A stretch of 54,200 bases of DNA from Desulfuromonadales bacterium (GTDB taxonomy: Bacteria > Desulfobacterota > Desulfuromonadia > Desulfuromonadales > JAAXQG01), in contig JAAXQG010000289.1 of assembly GCA_012974445.1 (NCBI GenBank), positions 1-54,200 of the forward strand, given 5' to 3'. This document shows positions 46,507-54,200 of this stretch, one piece after another. Below the pieces are notes generated by a model that was not told where the DNA came from, made no database searches, and was given only the letters and a program-made list of their open reading frames with translations. The translations under genes were made by a program, and so were the position numbers. Every line of letters starts with the position of its first letter. Positions within the stretch are counted from its first letter, which is position 1.

Positions 46507-48333
46507 CTACTCCACGGTGACGCTTTTGGCCAGGTTACGGGGCTGATCCACATCGGTGCCCTTGAATACAGCCGTATGGTACGACAGCAGCTGCAGGGGA
46601 ATCGAGGTGAGGATCGGCATGAGTTCATCGGTAATTTCGGGCACGCGAATCAGCGCCTCGCACTGTCCCACAAGCCCCAGGGCTTCCCCCGAGCCGATGG
46701 CGATGACGCGCCCTCCCCGGGCACGCACCTCTTCCATATTGCTCGCCACCTTCTCAAATGTCTCACACTCCGGAGCGATAACCACAACGGGAAGCTGCTC
46801 GTCTATGAGCGCGATGGGACCATGCTTCATCTCTCCGGCGGGATATCCCTCGGCATGGATGTAGGAGATCTCCTTGAGCTTTAAGGCGCCCTCCAGGGCA
46901 ATGGGATACTGATTGCCCCGCCCCAGGAAGAGATAATCCCGGGCGTTGCCGTATTCCCGGGCGATTTTTTCGGTCTGATCACAGAGCTCCAGCGACTCCT
47001 CCACCCTGCGGGGCAGAGTAAGAAGCTCTTCAATGAGATGACGGGCTCGGGCCCCGTCCAGGCTCCGGTTCATGGTGCCCAGCTTGTGAGCCAGCAGGAA
47101 CAGGGCCACCAGCTGGGTGGTAAAGGCCTTGGTGGACGCCACGCCAATCTCAGGACCGGCATGGGTGTAGATGACATCGTCACTTTCGCGGGCGATGGAC
47201 GACTCCATCACGTTACAGATGCACAGAGTCCGCCCCCCTTTGGCACTGGCTTCGCGCAACGCCGCCAGGGTATCGGCCGTCTCACCGCTCTGGCTGATGA
47301 GGATAGTCAGCGTCCGGTCATTGACCAGGGGGTCTCGATACCGGAATTCACTGGCGATATCGACCTCGACAGGGATGCGGGCCAGTTTTTCGATGAGAAA
47401 TTTCCCCACCAGTGCCGCGTGCCAGGAGGTACCGCAGGCCACGATATAGATCTTATCCAGCGCATCGAGCTCCTCGCGACTCAGGCGGAAGTCTTCCAGA
47501 AAGACCTCCCCCTCATCCTCCATAATCCGCCCGGCGATGGTATCGGCGATGGCCCGGGGCTGCTCGAAAATTTCCTTGAGCATGAAGTGGCGATATCCCC
47601 CCTTCTCGGCCATGGCCGGGCTCCAGGTGATGGTCTTGACCGGCTTGTCCAGAATCGCGCCCTGAAGGTCCGTGATCTGCATCTGCTCCCGGGTAAAGAC
47701 GGCCATTTCACCGTCTTCGAGAAAAATAACCTGCCGGGTGTGGGCGAGCATGGCGGGAATATCGGAGGCGACGAAATACTCGCCCTCGCCCTGCCCGATG
47801 ACCAGGGGACTTCCCAGCTTGGCCACGATCAGTTTATCCGGCTCCCCCAGACAGAGTACGGCAATGGCATAGGCGCCGCGCACCTGAGCCAGCGCATAAC
47901 GCACCGCCTGCTCGAAATCCCGGCTCTGGTTGTAGTAATCCTCCACCAGATGGGCGATGATCTCCGTGTCCGTCTCGGATCGGAAACAGTGCCCCTTCTG
48001 CTGCAGTTGCTTCTTCAGGATCAGATGGTTTTCGATGATGCCGTTATGGACCACGACGATATCCCCTGCGAAGTGGGGATGAGCATTGGTCTCCGAGGGG
48101 CGGCCATGGGTCGCCCAGCGGGTATGGCCGATGCCCAGAGAGCCAAGAAGCGGCTTCTCACGCAGCAGGGCCTCAAGGTTGCTCAGCTTGCCTTGGGCCC
48201 TCCGGATATCGATTCCCTGAGCAAGAGTGGCGATCCCCGCCGAGTCATAGCCGCGATACTCCAGCTTGCGAAGTCCATCCAGAATAATGCCGGTAGCCTG
48301 CTGCTGCCCGATATAGCCTACAATTCCACACAT
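46507..48333 (-). CDS. glmS: Glutamine--fructose-6-phosphate aminotransferase
   Basis: [36 protein letters not shown]. Confidence 0.99.
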   Translation of the reverse strand: MCGIVGYIGQQQATGIILDGLRKLEYRGYDSAGIATLAQGIDIRRAQGKLSNLEALLREKPLLGSLGIGHTRWATHGRPSETNAHPHFAGDIVVVHNGIIENHLILKKQLQQKGHCFRSETDTEIIAHLVEDYYNQSRDFEQAVRYALAQVRGAYAIAVLCLGEPDKLIVAKLGSPLVIGQGEGEYFVASDIPAMLAHTRQVIFLEDGEMAVFTREQMQITDLQGAILDKPVKTITWSPAMAEKGGYRHFMLKEIFEQPRAIADTIAGRIMEDEGEVFLEDFRLSREELDALDKIYIVACGTSWHAALVGKFLIEKLARIPVEVDIASEFRYRDPLVNDRTLTILISQSGETADTLAALREASAKGGRTLCICNVMESSIARESDDVIYTHAGPEIGVASTKAFTTQLVALFLLAHKLGTMNRSLDGARARHLIEELLTLPRRVEESLELCDQTEKIAREYGNARDYLFLGRGNQYPIALEGALKLKEISYIHAEGYPAGEMKHGPIALIDEQLPVVVIAPECETFEKVASNMEEVRARGGRVIAIGSGEALGLVGQCEALIRVPEITDELMPILTSIPLQLLSYHTAVFKGTDVDQPRNLAKSVTVE

Positions 48334-48380
48334 ATATGATTTATCCCATCACACGGATTTAAATTAAATAATCAAGAACC

Positions 48381-49754
48381 CTACTTCTTGCGAAGCCGCC
48401 AGCCTTCTATCACCTTCTGGACGCTGCGACTGAGCGCCAGGGCGTCGGGCGGCACATCCTTGGTGATGGTGGATCCGGCACCAATCAGGCTGTTGCGACC
48501 GATTCTGACCGGAGCCACCAGCTGGGTATCGCTGCCGATGAAGACATTGTCTTCGATCAGGGTGCGGTGTTTGTTGACGCCATCGTAGTTGCAGGTAATG
48601 GTTCCGCAGCCCACGTTGACCTCCGCGCCCAGCTCGGCATCGCCCAGATAGCTCAGGTGGCTGGCCTTGGAGTCCAGACCGAACCTTGCTTTTTTCGTCT
48701 CGACAAAATTGCCGATCTTGTTCCTCCCCAGCAGCTCGGTCCCCGGCCGCAGATGGGCCATGGGACCGATTTCACAGCCATTGCCCACCGCTGCCTGATT
48801 CAGGACCGAACCGGCCTTAAGATGCACCCGATCCTCCACAACGCTGTCGCGCACCAGCACCCCGGGCTCCAGGGTGCAGCCTTCGCCTATGCGGGACTGC
48901 CCCAGGAGAGAAACGCCTGGGTAAATCAGGGTCTCGGCGCCGAGCTGGACCCCGGCGTCAATATAGGTTGCGCGAGGGTCGATCAGGGTCACCCCCTGAC
49001 GCATCCAGTGTTCATTGATACGCTGGCGCATCAGCGCAGAAGCCTCTGCCAGCTGCACCCGGTCATTGACTCCCAGACTCTCGGAGAAATCGTCGCAGAC
49101 CTGGGCGCAGACCTTGCGCCCAGCGGCCCTTGCCACCTCCAGAACGTCAGTGAGATAGTATTCCTGCTGGGCGTTGTCGGTGCCCACGGAGCGTAGCGCC
49201 TCGAAAACAAAGGGAGCCTCAAAAACATAGATACCGGTGTTAATCTCCCGCACCCGGAGCTGCTCTTCACTGGCGTCCTTCTGCTCCACAATGCGCTGGA
49301 CCAGCCCGTCCTGCCTCAGAATACGACCATAGCCCGTGGGATCCGTCGCCATGGCGCTCAGCACGGTGACCGCCGCTTCTTCGCGTCGATGAGTCTCCAG
49401 CAGCTCCCGCAGGGTCTGTTCTCTGACCAGCGGCACATCGCCACAGAGCAGGATCAGAGCCCCCTCGTAACCTTTCAGAGCCTGCTCGGCGCACAAAAGG
49501 GCATGCCCCGTACCCAGCTGCTGCTCCTGAAGGGCAAAGCCTAGATCAAACCCCTCCAGGGCCTGACGAACGCTGGCGGCCTGATGCCCCACCACCAATA
49601 CATTATTGCGGCAGCCCAGCGCTTCGAGGGCGCTCAGGGGATGGCGCACCATGGGCCATCCGGCCACTTCGTGCAACACCTTGGCGCGCTCGGATTTCAT
49701 GCGCGTTCCCTTGCCAGCGGCCAGAATCACGGCGGATAATTCAGTCTTGTCCAT
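48381..49754 (-). CDS. glmU: Bifunctional UDP-GlcNAc pyrophosphorylase / acetyltransferase
   Basis: LAAGKGTRMKS, QLGTGHA, EYYLTD, hexapeptide repeats, NYDGVNK. Confidence 0.98.
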   Translation of the reverse strand: MDKTELSAVILAAGKGTRMKSERAKVLHEVAGWPMVRHPLSALEALGCRNNVLVVGHQAASVRQALEGFDLGFALQEQQLGTGHALLCAEQALKGYEGALILLCGDVPLVREQTLRELLETHRREEAAVTVLSAMATDPTGYGRILRQDGLVQRIVEQKDASEEQLRVREINTGIYVFEAPFVFEALRSVGTDNAQQEYYLTDVLEVARAAGRKVCAQVCDDFSESLGVNDRVQLAEASALMRQRINEHWMRQGVTLIDPRATYIDAGVQLGAETLIYPGVSLLGQSRIGEGCTLEPGVLVRDSVVEDRVHLKAGSVLNQAAVGNGCEIGPMAHLRPGTELLGRNKIGNFVETKKARFGLDSKASHLSYLGDAELGAEVNVGCGTITCNYDGVNKHRTLIEDNVFIGSDTQLVAPVRIGRNSLIGAGSTITKDVPPDALALSRSVQKVIEGWRLRKK

Positions 49755-49787
49755 CAAGGTACCCCCCTATTTTTTCTCAAACGTTAA

Positions 49788-49817
49788 ATTATCCCGGATG
49801 CAGCCGGTAAACGTCAA
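49788..49817 (-). promoter_or_regulatory. sigma70-like promoter for glmU-glmS
   Basis: Minus strand TTGACG-N18-GATAAT. Confidence 0.55.
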
Positions 49818-49897
49818 CCCCAATACTGCCTTCATCCTTCATTCTTCTTTTCCTGGAGCTGATAATTGGGGTATACAATGAAACGGAGGGATTAAGG

Positions 49898-50446
49898 ATG
49901 GACGAACGCAGACAGATAGAGCGCGAACTTGAGCAGATCAAGGATGCCATGAAACAGCTGGAAGTCCGCTATGAACTCTACTTCGCCGGAGAGGAGCGCC
50001 GCGAGCCCCTCAAGGCCAGGGCAGAGATCAAAAGAAAGCTGCTGCACTTTTCCAACCGCCGCATTACCCAGACCAACCTGCGTTTTCAGTTCCAGAATCT
50101 CGCCACCCGTTTCCACAGCTACCTGGGGTACTGGGACCGCATTTTGCGCCTCATGGACGAGGGAAAATACCACCGTCACCTCGCCTCAATCCGGCGCCCC
50201 AAAGAGCCTTCTGTCGAGTCCGAGCAGGACGCGCCCCTTTCACAGATTCACCCCCTCTATGAACAGGTGCGCAGCGCCTATGCCGACTGCAACATGTCCG
50301 AGCGTACCCCGTCCGAAGAACGACTCAACCAGTTCATCGCGCAGCAACAGGACAAGATCCGTCGACAGTTTGGAGATCGTCCGGTGGAATTCGTCGTGAT
50401 CACCAAAAAAGGCAAACCGGTGATCAAGGCACGAGCCCTGCGATGA
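49898..50446 (+). CDS. Conserved protein resembling the MXAN_5187 C-terminal domain family
   Basis: YELYFAGEERREP, LRFQFQNL..RF.SY..YWDR, VEFVVITKKGKPVIKA; SD GGAGG. Confidence 0.65.
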   Translation: MDERRQIERELEQIKDAMKQLEVRYELYFAGEERREPLKARAEIKRKLLHFSNRRITQTNLRFQFQNLATRFHSYLGYWDRILRLMDEGKYHRHLASIRRPKEPSVESEQDAPLSQIHPLYEQVRSAYADCNMSERTPSEERLNQFIAQQQDKIRRQFGDRPVEFVVITKKGKPVIKARALR

Positions 50447-51576
50447 CAGAGAGCAGAGTCGCAGCGCAGCAAAGCAAAACCGCTCTGGTTCTCTCCGGCG
50501 GGGGGATCATGGGAGCCGCCTATGAGATCGGGGCCCTCTGCGCCCTTGACCGCCTCTTTTCCCCCGGGTTCTCCACCCGTCGGTTCCATACCTATGTCGG
50601 CGTCAGCGCCGGCTCCGTCGTCGCGACCCTCATCGCCAACCGCGTCTCTCCGGCCGGCCTCTATCAGTCCATTGCCAACGACGAGAGCAATGTCTTTAAT
50701 TTCAAGCGCTCCGACATCTACCGCATCAAATGGTGGGAGATTTTTGCCTCCATGGGGCACACGGCCCAGAACCTGTTCAACATCTATCGCCATTACAGAC
50801 GCAGTCGCTGGTCCCTGTCTTCGGGGGATTTTCTTCACATCCTCCAGGAACAGATGCCAGCGGGCATCTTCTCTCTGGAGCCCCTGCGCGCCTATCTCTG
50901 CGAGGCCTTCAGGAACGAAGGCATTCGCGATGACTTCGACTCGCTGCCCTCAAAGCTCTATATCCCGGCCATCGATCTCGATAGCGGCAGCCGGGTCATT
51001 TTCGGGGATGAGGGGCAGCGGCAGGTGCATATCTGTCAGGCGATCACAGCCTCCTGCGCCATTCCGGTATTCTTCCGCCCCTACCGCATCGGTTCTCACG
51101 CTTACATTGACGGAGGACTGGGGCACCCGGCCCATATCGATATCGCCATCGACAAGGGAGCCAAGCTCATCCTGGTGATTAACCCGCGAGTGCCCATTAA
51201 CAACAATTTCGAGCACTCCTGTCTGCCTTCGAGTTCCTACGGACGCTGCGCTTCAATCGCCGACCTGGGGATCGCCCTCGCCTGGGAGCAGGCCCAGAGG
51301 GTCGAGCATCGCAACAAACTCTCAATCGCCCTGGATGCGTACCGGCACAAGCACCCCGATGTGGATATCGTACTGATTGAACCTTCGGTGGACGAGCCTC
51401 TTCTTTTCTTCCAGAACCCCATGAGCTTCCAGGCCCGCATCCATGTGATGAACTACGGTTACCAGCTCAGCATGGGTCAGATTCGCGCCCGCTATCCCGA
51501 GCTGCAGGCCGTCTTTGCACGCCATGGAATAAAAACGACAGAGGCCCGACTCTTTGCCGGGCCCCCAGGATCCTGA
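50443..51576 (+). CDS. Patatin-like phospholipase/esterase
   Basis: GGGIMG oxyanion loop, GVSAG nucleophile, ASCAIP, DGG; 4-bp overlap with the upstream gene. Confidence 0.92.
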   Translation: MTESRVAAQQSKTALVLSGGGIMGAAYEIGALCALDRLFSPGFSTRRFHTYVGVSAGSVVATLIANRVSPAGLYQSIANDESNVFNFKRSDIYRIKWWEIFASMGHTAQNLFNIYRHYRRSRWSLSSGDFLHILQEQMPAGIFSLEPLRAYLCEAFRNEGIRDDFDSLPSKLYIPAIDLDSGSRVIFGDEGQRQVHICQAITASCAIPVFFRPYRIGSHAYIDGGLGHPAHIDIAIDKGAKLILVINPRVPINNNFEHSCLPSSSYGRCASIADLGIALAWEQAQRVEHRNKLSIALDAYRHKHPDVDIVLIEPSVDEPLLFFQNPMSFQARIHVMNYGYQLSMGQIRARYPELQAVFARHGIKTTEARLFAGPPGS

Positions 51577-51594
51577 TCCGCACTGAGTCTTTGC

Positions 51595-51861
51595 CTAAAG
51601 GGTACGGGTGCGATATCTGGGCCGCTCCAGGATAATTTCCTCAATCTCTCCCACCTCCGCCACCCGTCCGGCCACGCGCAGCACATCGTCCACCACCAGA
51701 GCGGGAGAGACATAGACCCGGTTATCGATCATCTTGCGACTGTCACGGTAAAGGTGGACCTCAGCCTCGACACCCAGCTCTTCCAAAGCCTGACGAACGT
51801 TGTGCAGCGTCATCTCGCAGCGACGCCCTCCGGTTGGCCTGCACAGAATATCGAATCTCAT
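51595..51861 (-). CDS. Small thioredoxin-fold protein (Thioredoxin_3/MTH895-like) lacking CxxC
   Basis: NVRQALEELG, VSPALVVD, GRV; ATG 51861 after GGAGGAG. Confidence 0.8.
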   Translation of the reverse strand: MRFDILCRPTGGRRCEMTLHNVRQALEELGVEAEVHLYRDSRKMIDNRVYVSPALVVDDVLRVAGRVAEVGEIEEIILERPRYRTRTL

Positions 51862-51946
51862 AGACTCCTCCCTTCTCAAGCGCCCAACGCTACCAATTAT
51901 ACCATTGAGCAAGAGTGGATGTCGGCCCAGCACTCTGGCGTAAAGC

Positions 51947-53788
51947 TCAGCGGTAGCCCGCCGCCTGCAGCGAGAAGAGATGAGCGTACTTCCCCTGGGC
52001 CTCCATCAGCTCCTCATGACTGCCCTGCTCCAGAACCTGTCCTCGTCCCAGCACCAGAATACGGTCGGCCATGCGCACCGTAGAGAAGCGGTGTGATATG
52101 AGTATCGTCATCTTCCCCCGACTCAGGTCAGAGAAACGCTCAAAAATAGAAGCCTCCGCCTCGGCGTCCATGGCCGCAGTCGGTTCGTCCAGCACCAGGA
52201 TGTCGGCATCCTCCCGCATGAAAACTCGGGAAAGGGCGACCTTCTGCCACTGCCCACCGGAGAGTTCGCGCCCCTTGTTGAACCATCGTCCCAGCTGACT
52301 GTCGTAGCCCTGCTCCATCTCCTCAATAAAAGGAGCCGCCATTCCCTTTTTAGCCGCCCGCTCCCAGCGCTGCCGGTCGTCGAAATGCTCCAGATCCCCT
52401 ACCCCGATATTTTCACCCACTAGAAACTGATATCGGACAAAATCCTGAAAGATCACCCCGATGCGCCGGCGCAGCGCTGCCAGGTCCCATTGCCTCAAGT
52501 CCAGCCCGTCGATGAGAATCCGACCGCCATCGGGCTCATAAAGTCCCGCAAGCAACTTGACCAGGGTGGTTTTACCCGAACCATTTTCCCCCACCAGCGC
52601 CAGGCTCGTCCCCGGGGCCAGATGGAAACTAACCTTATCCAGAGCAGGATTCTCGGCTCCCGGGTAAGTGAAGCTTACCTTCTCAAAACGTACCCCGTCG
52701 CCCAGCTCCGGTCCCTCCAGCATCGTCCCCCCTGTCTCGGCGGCGTCCTGCTCCAGATACTCGTAGAGATTGGAGAGATAGAGGTTATCCTCGTACATGC
52801 CGCTGATAGAGGAAAGGCTTGCGCTGACGGCTGCCTGTCCCTGTTTGAACAACAGCAGATACATGGTCATCTGCCCCAGACTCAGCGTCCGGGCCACCGT
52901 CGCCAGAGCGATCCAGCCATAGGCACCGTAAAAGGCGGCCGTGCCCAGCAGTCCCAACACGAAGCCCCAGAAATCCCGACGAAGACAGAGGCTGCGATCC
53001 TTATCATAGAGACGATCAAAGATCTCCCGGTACCGCCCCAACAGCAGAGGACCGAGACCGAAGAGCTTGACCTCCTTGGCGTTATCCTCGCGGGCCAGCA
53101 CCGTCTCCAGATAAACCTGCATCCTCGAATCGGGCGATCTCCAGCGAAAGAGCTGAAAGGCTTCGCCGCTGAAGCGCGCTTCTGCCAGAAAAGCGGGCAA
53201 TCCCCCTGCGAGAATCAGAACCACCGCCCAGGGGGAAAACTGCACCAGCAGCAGAGAGTAACTGATCAGGGAGATGGCGTTCTGAAGCAGGGAGAAAGTG
53301 CGGTTGACCAGACTTAAAGGGCGGGTGCTTGCTTCACGACGGGCCCGGGTGAGCTTGTCGTAAAACTCGGCATCCTCAAAACGCGACAGACGCAGCCCCA
53401 GGGCCTTCTCCAGAATCATCTGATTGACCCGCTGCCCCAAAAGAGCCCGAAGTAAAGACTGGCAGACGGAGAGCCCCCGCTGAGCCCCCGCCAGAAACGC
53501 AACCAACAGAGCCTCCAGAGCTACCAACTCCAGCAGGGCCCGCAGAGCCTCGCGGGTCGGTTGCTCCTGGGCCATGGCTGCAACCACGGCGTCAACGATG
53601 AGCTTGCCCACATAGGCCACCGCCGCCGGAAGCAGTCCGGCAGCCAGAGTAAGAGCCGCGAGCATCAGTGTAAGCAGGGGGCTAGTGGCCCAGACCAGGG
53701 CGATGGCACGGCGGCTGTAGCGAAAGACACCGAAAATATCGGCTAGTTGCATGGACTTTACGGATGATGGAGCAGAGTGAAAGGACAA
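51947..53788 (-). CDS. ABC exporter, fused permease/ATPase
   Basis: Multiple TM helices, GENGSGKT, LSGGQWQK, LDEPT, SHR; TTG start after GGAGG. Confidence 0.95.
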   Translation of the reverse strand: MSFHSAPSSVKSMQLADIFGVFRYSRRAIALVWATSPLLTLMLAALTLAAGLLPAAVAYVGKLIVDAVVAAMAQEQPTREALRALLELVALEALLVAFLAGAQRGLSVCQSLLRALLGQRVNQMILEKALGLRLSRFEDAEFYDKLTRARREASTRPLSLVNRTFSLLQNAISLISYSLLLVQFSPWAVVLILAGGLPAFLAEARFSGEAFQLFRWRSPDSRMQVYLETVLAREDNAKEVKLFGLGPLLLGRYREIFDRLYDKDRSLCLRRDFWGFVLGLLGTAAFYGAYGWIALATVARTLSLGQMTMYLLLFKQGQAAVSASLSSISGMYEDNLYLSNLYEYLEQDAAETGGTMLEGPELGDGVRFEKVSFTYPGAENPALDKVSFHLAPGTSLALVGENGSGKTTLVKLLAGLYEPDGGRILIDGLDLRQWDLAALRRRIGVIFQDFVRYQFLVGENIGVGDLEHFDDRQRWERAAKKGMAAPFIEEMEQGYDSQLGRWFNKGRELSGGQWQKVALSRVFMREDADILVLDEPTAAMDAEAEASIFERFSDLSRGKMTILISHRFSTVRMADRILVLGRGQVLEQGSHEELMEAQGKYAHLFSLQAAGYR

Positions 53789-53815
53789 TGCACTGCCTCC
53801 CGAAGACTTTTACCT

Positions 53816-53829
53816 GATTAGTACTAATC
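53816..53829. promoter_or_regulatory. Perfect 14-bp palindrome, candidate operator for the ABC exporter
   Basis: GATTAGTACTAATC, about 28 bp upstream of the start codon. Confidence 0.4.
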
Positions 53830-53880
53830 TTCCGCCAATATTGATGTGAGCCTTCAAGCCGGGAAGGCAAAAGCTTTTTT

Positions 53881-53972
53881 ACAGGGATAAACGGGATGAA
53901 TGAGATGTAAAGTCAAAGGCAGCGGGCCTGATGTTTGACTGATCTTATCCTCTTCATTTCCTTCATCCCTGT
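53881..53972. repeat. Inverted pair of 9-bp-periodic (G)GAT repeats; left arm is copy 2 of 328-347
   Basis: ACAGGGATAAACGGGATGAATGAGAT ... ATCCTCTTCATTTCCTTCATCCCTGT, with an inner GTCAAA...TTTGAC pair. Confidence 0.75.
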
Positions 53973-54003
53973 TCAATGTTTTTTGAAACATCTTGTCGGG
54001 ATT

Positions 54004-54045
54004 GACGGTTTCGTACACCAGCGAAAGATTCGTGCTAGCCAGAAA
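54004..54045. repeat. 42-bp dispersed element, copy 2
   Basis: About 34/42 identical to 498-539, same orientation, also just past the stop codon of a minus-strand gene. Confidence 0.8.
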
Positions 54046-54048
54046 GAC

Positions 54049-54200
54049 TTACCGGGATCCGAAGGGGTAAAGAGTCAGCGTGCCCAGGTCGAGGATTTGT
54101 CCGGTTTCGATGGAAAAGCAGCCATGTTCACCACCAGAGGGGATGCCGTAGGGCTCATCGAAGCGGGGCTGCCCCCGGGTTTTCATCCTCGCCGCAAGGC
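54049..54200 (-). CDS. 3' end of a hypothetical protein running in from outside the window
   Basis: Open frame from the window edge: LAARMKTRGQPRFDEPYGIPSGGEHGCFSIETGQILDLGTLTLYPFGSR-stop. Confidence 0.55.
   Translation of the reverse strand, partial: LAARMKTRGQPRFDEPYGIPSGGEHGCFSIETGQILDLGTLTLYPFGSR

Noticed and set aside
46470-46545. Tn7-like insertion at attTn7 after glmS
   Set aside because: The ClC reading frame begins right after glmS; no Tn7 ends or tns genes are present.
48334-48380. glmS ribozyme
   Set aside because: The glmU-glmS gap is only 47 nt, AT-rich, and lacks the core motif.
53850-53880. GCCTTC/GAAGGC hairpin as a terminator
   Set aside because: Short stem with no U-tract directly adjacent on either strand.
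1-54200. CRISPR arrays, tRNA/rRNA genes, transposases, integrases, prophage
   Set aside because: None seen: no regularly spaced repeat-spacer units, and all long ORFs are accounted for.

Overview
Window from a GC-rich anaerobic deltaproteobacterium, most likely Desulfuromonadales (inferred from gene content and order). Bases 554-31075 (minus strand) hold a near-complete early/middle flagellar superoperon: TPR gene, flgBC, fliEFGHIJ, motE-like, fliK, flgD, TIGR02530-like, flgE, motAB, fliLMNOPQR, flhBAF, flhG, fliA, swrB-like, flgFGAHIJ. A sigma28 promoter at the left edge points out of the window, probably to flgM. A divergent chemosensory operon (31465-41399) encodes an unusual CheA, CheR, CheB, CheD, an HDOD protein, two CheY, three CheX-like proteins and a tandem CheC/CheX-pseudoreceiver protein, but no CheW or MCP. 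It converges on a sensor-less FleQ/FgrM-like sigma54 activator. Housekeeping genes follow: pcrA, an atypical ClC, glmS, glmU, a MXAN_5187-C-like/patatin pair, a small thioredoxin-like protein and an ABC exporter. Most notable: (1) a two-hairpin RNA-like element between a DUF4258/RNase-like flagellar gene and the flgE ribosome-binding site; (2) a composite non-coding repeat present at both ends of the window, 53.5 kb apart; (3) a CheA with two HPt domains, an 8-Cys insert and an MshEN-like segment; (4) five CheC/CheX phosphatase motifs in one operon; (5) an internally shortened FlgJ and a FlgE with a ~100-aa insertion. All family calls come from motif recognition by eye; no searches were run.
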